Source: Fidelibacterota bacterium (GTDB lineage Bacteria; Fidelibacterota; Marinisomatia; Marinisomatales; TCS56). Taken from it: 13,500 bases of DNA. The translations under genes and the position numbers were made by a program. Of this stretch, positions 13,114 through 13,500 are shown one piece after another; position 1 is the first letter of the stretch; each line of letters starts with the position of its first letter. Under the pieces are notes generated by a model that searched no databases, was not told the DNA's origin, and was given only the letters and a program-made list of their open reading frames with translations. The DNA is taken from assembly GCA_043822705.1 (NCBI GenBank), contig JBDRBK010000056.1:1-13500 (forward strand), read 5' to 3'.

Positions 13114-13500
13114 TCTGCTTCAGTTTTCCTCGATTTATGCTTCCGGTTCGGTTTTCAAATTCATGGATCAATTCCATCACCCGGGGATGGTCCGGCAGAT
13201 CCAGGGTCATCTCCTTCAGATAACCGCTCTTTTCCACGATTCGCCGGTTTTCGTCTAATTTTACTTCAACAATCCCCACGTAATAACCTTCTTTACCGGC
13301 CTGTGCGATCAGGATATTGTTCACTTCCACCGCCGATTTCAGGCTGGTCTGGCTGTGGCCGCCGATGATCACATCCGCTCCGGTCAGATTTGCCGCCAGC
13401 TTGACGTCATAATCGTAGCCCTGGTGGGTCAGTATAATAATTATATCGGCTTTTTTTCCCAAACCTTTAAGTTGTTTGGTCAATGCTTTATTGACATCGG
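13106..13500 (-). CDS. 5'-nucleotidase/UshA-like metallophosphoesterase, 3' part; start lies beyond the right edge
   Basis: The frame is open to the window edge (DVNKALTKQLKG...). Motifs ADIIIILTHQG, DVKLA, GADVIIGGHSQ and IAQAGKEGYYVGIVEV match the calcineurin-like domain of 5'-nucleotidases. Confidence 0.85.
   Translation of the reverse strand, partial: DVNKALTKQLKGLGKKADIIIILTHQGYDYDVKLAANLTGADVIIGGHSQTSLKSAVEVNNILIAQAGKEGYYVGIVEVKLDENRRIVEKSGYLKEMTLDLPDHPRVMELIHEFENRTGSINRGKLKQND

Noticed and set aside
1..13500. Alternative genetic code (TGA as sense), CRISPR array, transposase/integrase, tRNA/rRNA
   Set aside because: TGA ends several genes at family-typical C-termini and forms TGATG overlaps. 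I saw no regularly spaced repeats, mobile-element motifs or RNA-gene signatures.

Overview
A gene-dense bacterial chromosomal segment of moderately high GC, using the standard genetic code (TGA is clearly a stop). The host is probably diderm, possibly FCB-group such as Marinimicrobia-like; this is inferred from gene content only. Left to right: 5' part of asnB (-); a HAD phosphatase (-); a coupled operon of CoA-type Nudix hydrolase, ROK sugar kinase and small membrane protein (+); two tandem ~880-aa secreted CBM9-like/DUF5916 outer-membrane paralogues (+); an SDR 2,4-dienoyl-CoA reductase (-); a small, probably leaderless membrane protein (+); an alpha/beta hydrolase (-); a PIN-PhoH ATPase and a DUF5362-like membrane protein (+); an intergenic region with a probable hydrolase remnant and hairpins; a membrane protein (-); and the 3' end of a short UshA-like metallophosphoesterase (-). 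I saw no mobile element, CRISPR array, tRNA or rRNA. The best candidate for an uncharacterised system is the tandem DUF5916 pair next to the sugar kinase; the two genes are in frame and separated by a single TGA. Several candidate regulatory elements are also noted. All family assignments come from motif recognition, not database searches.
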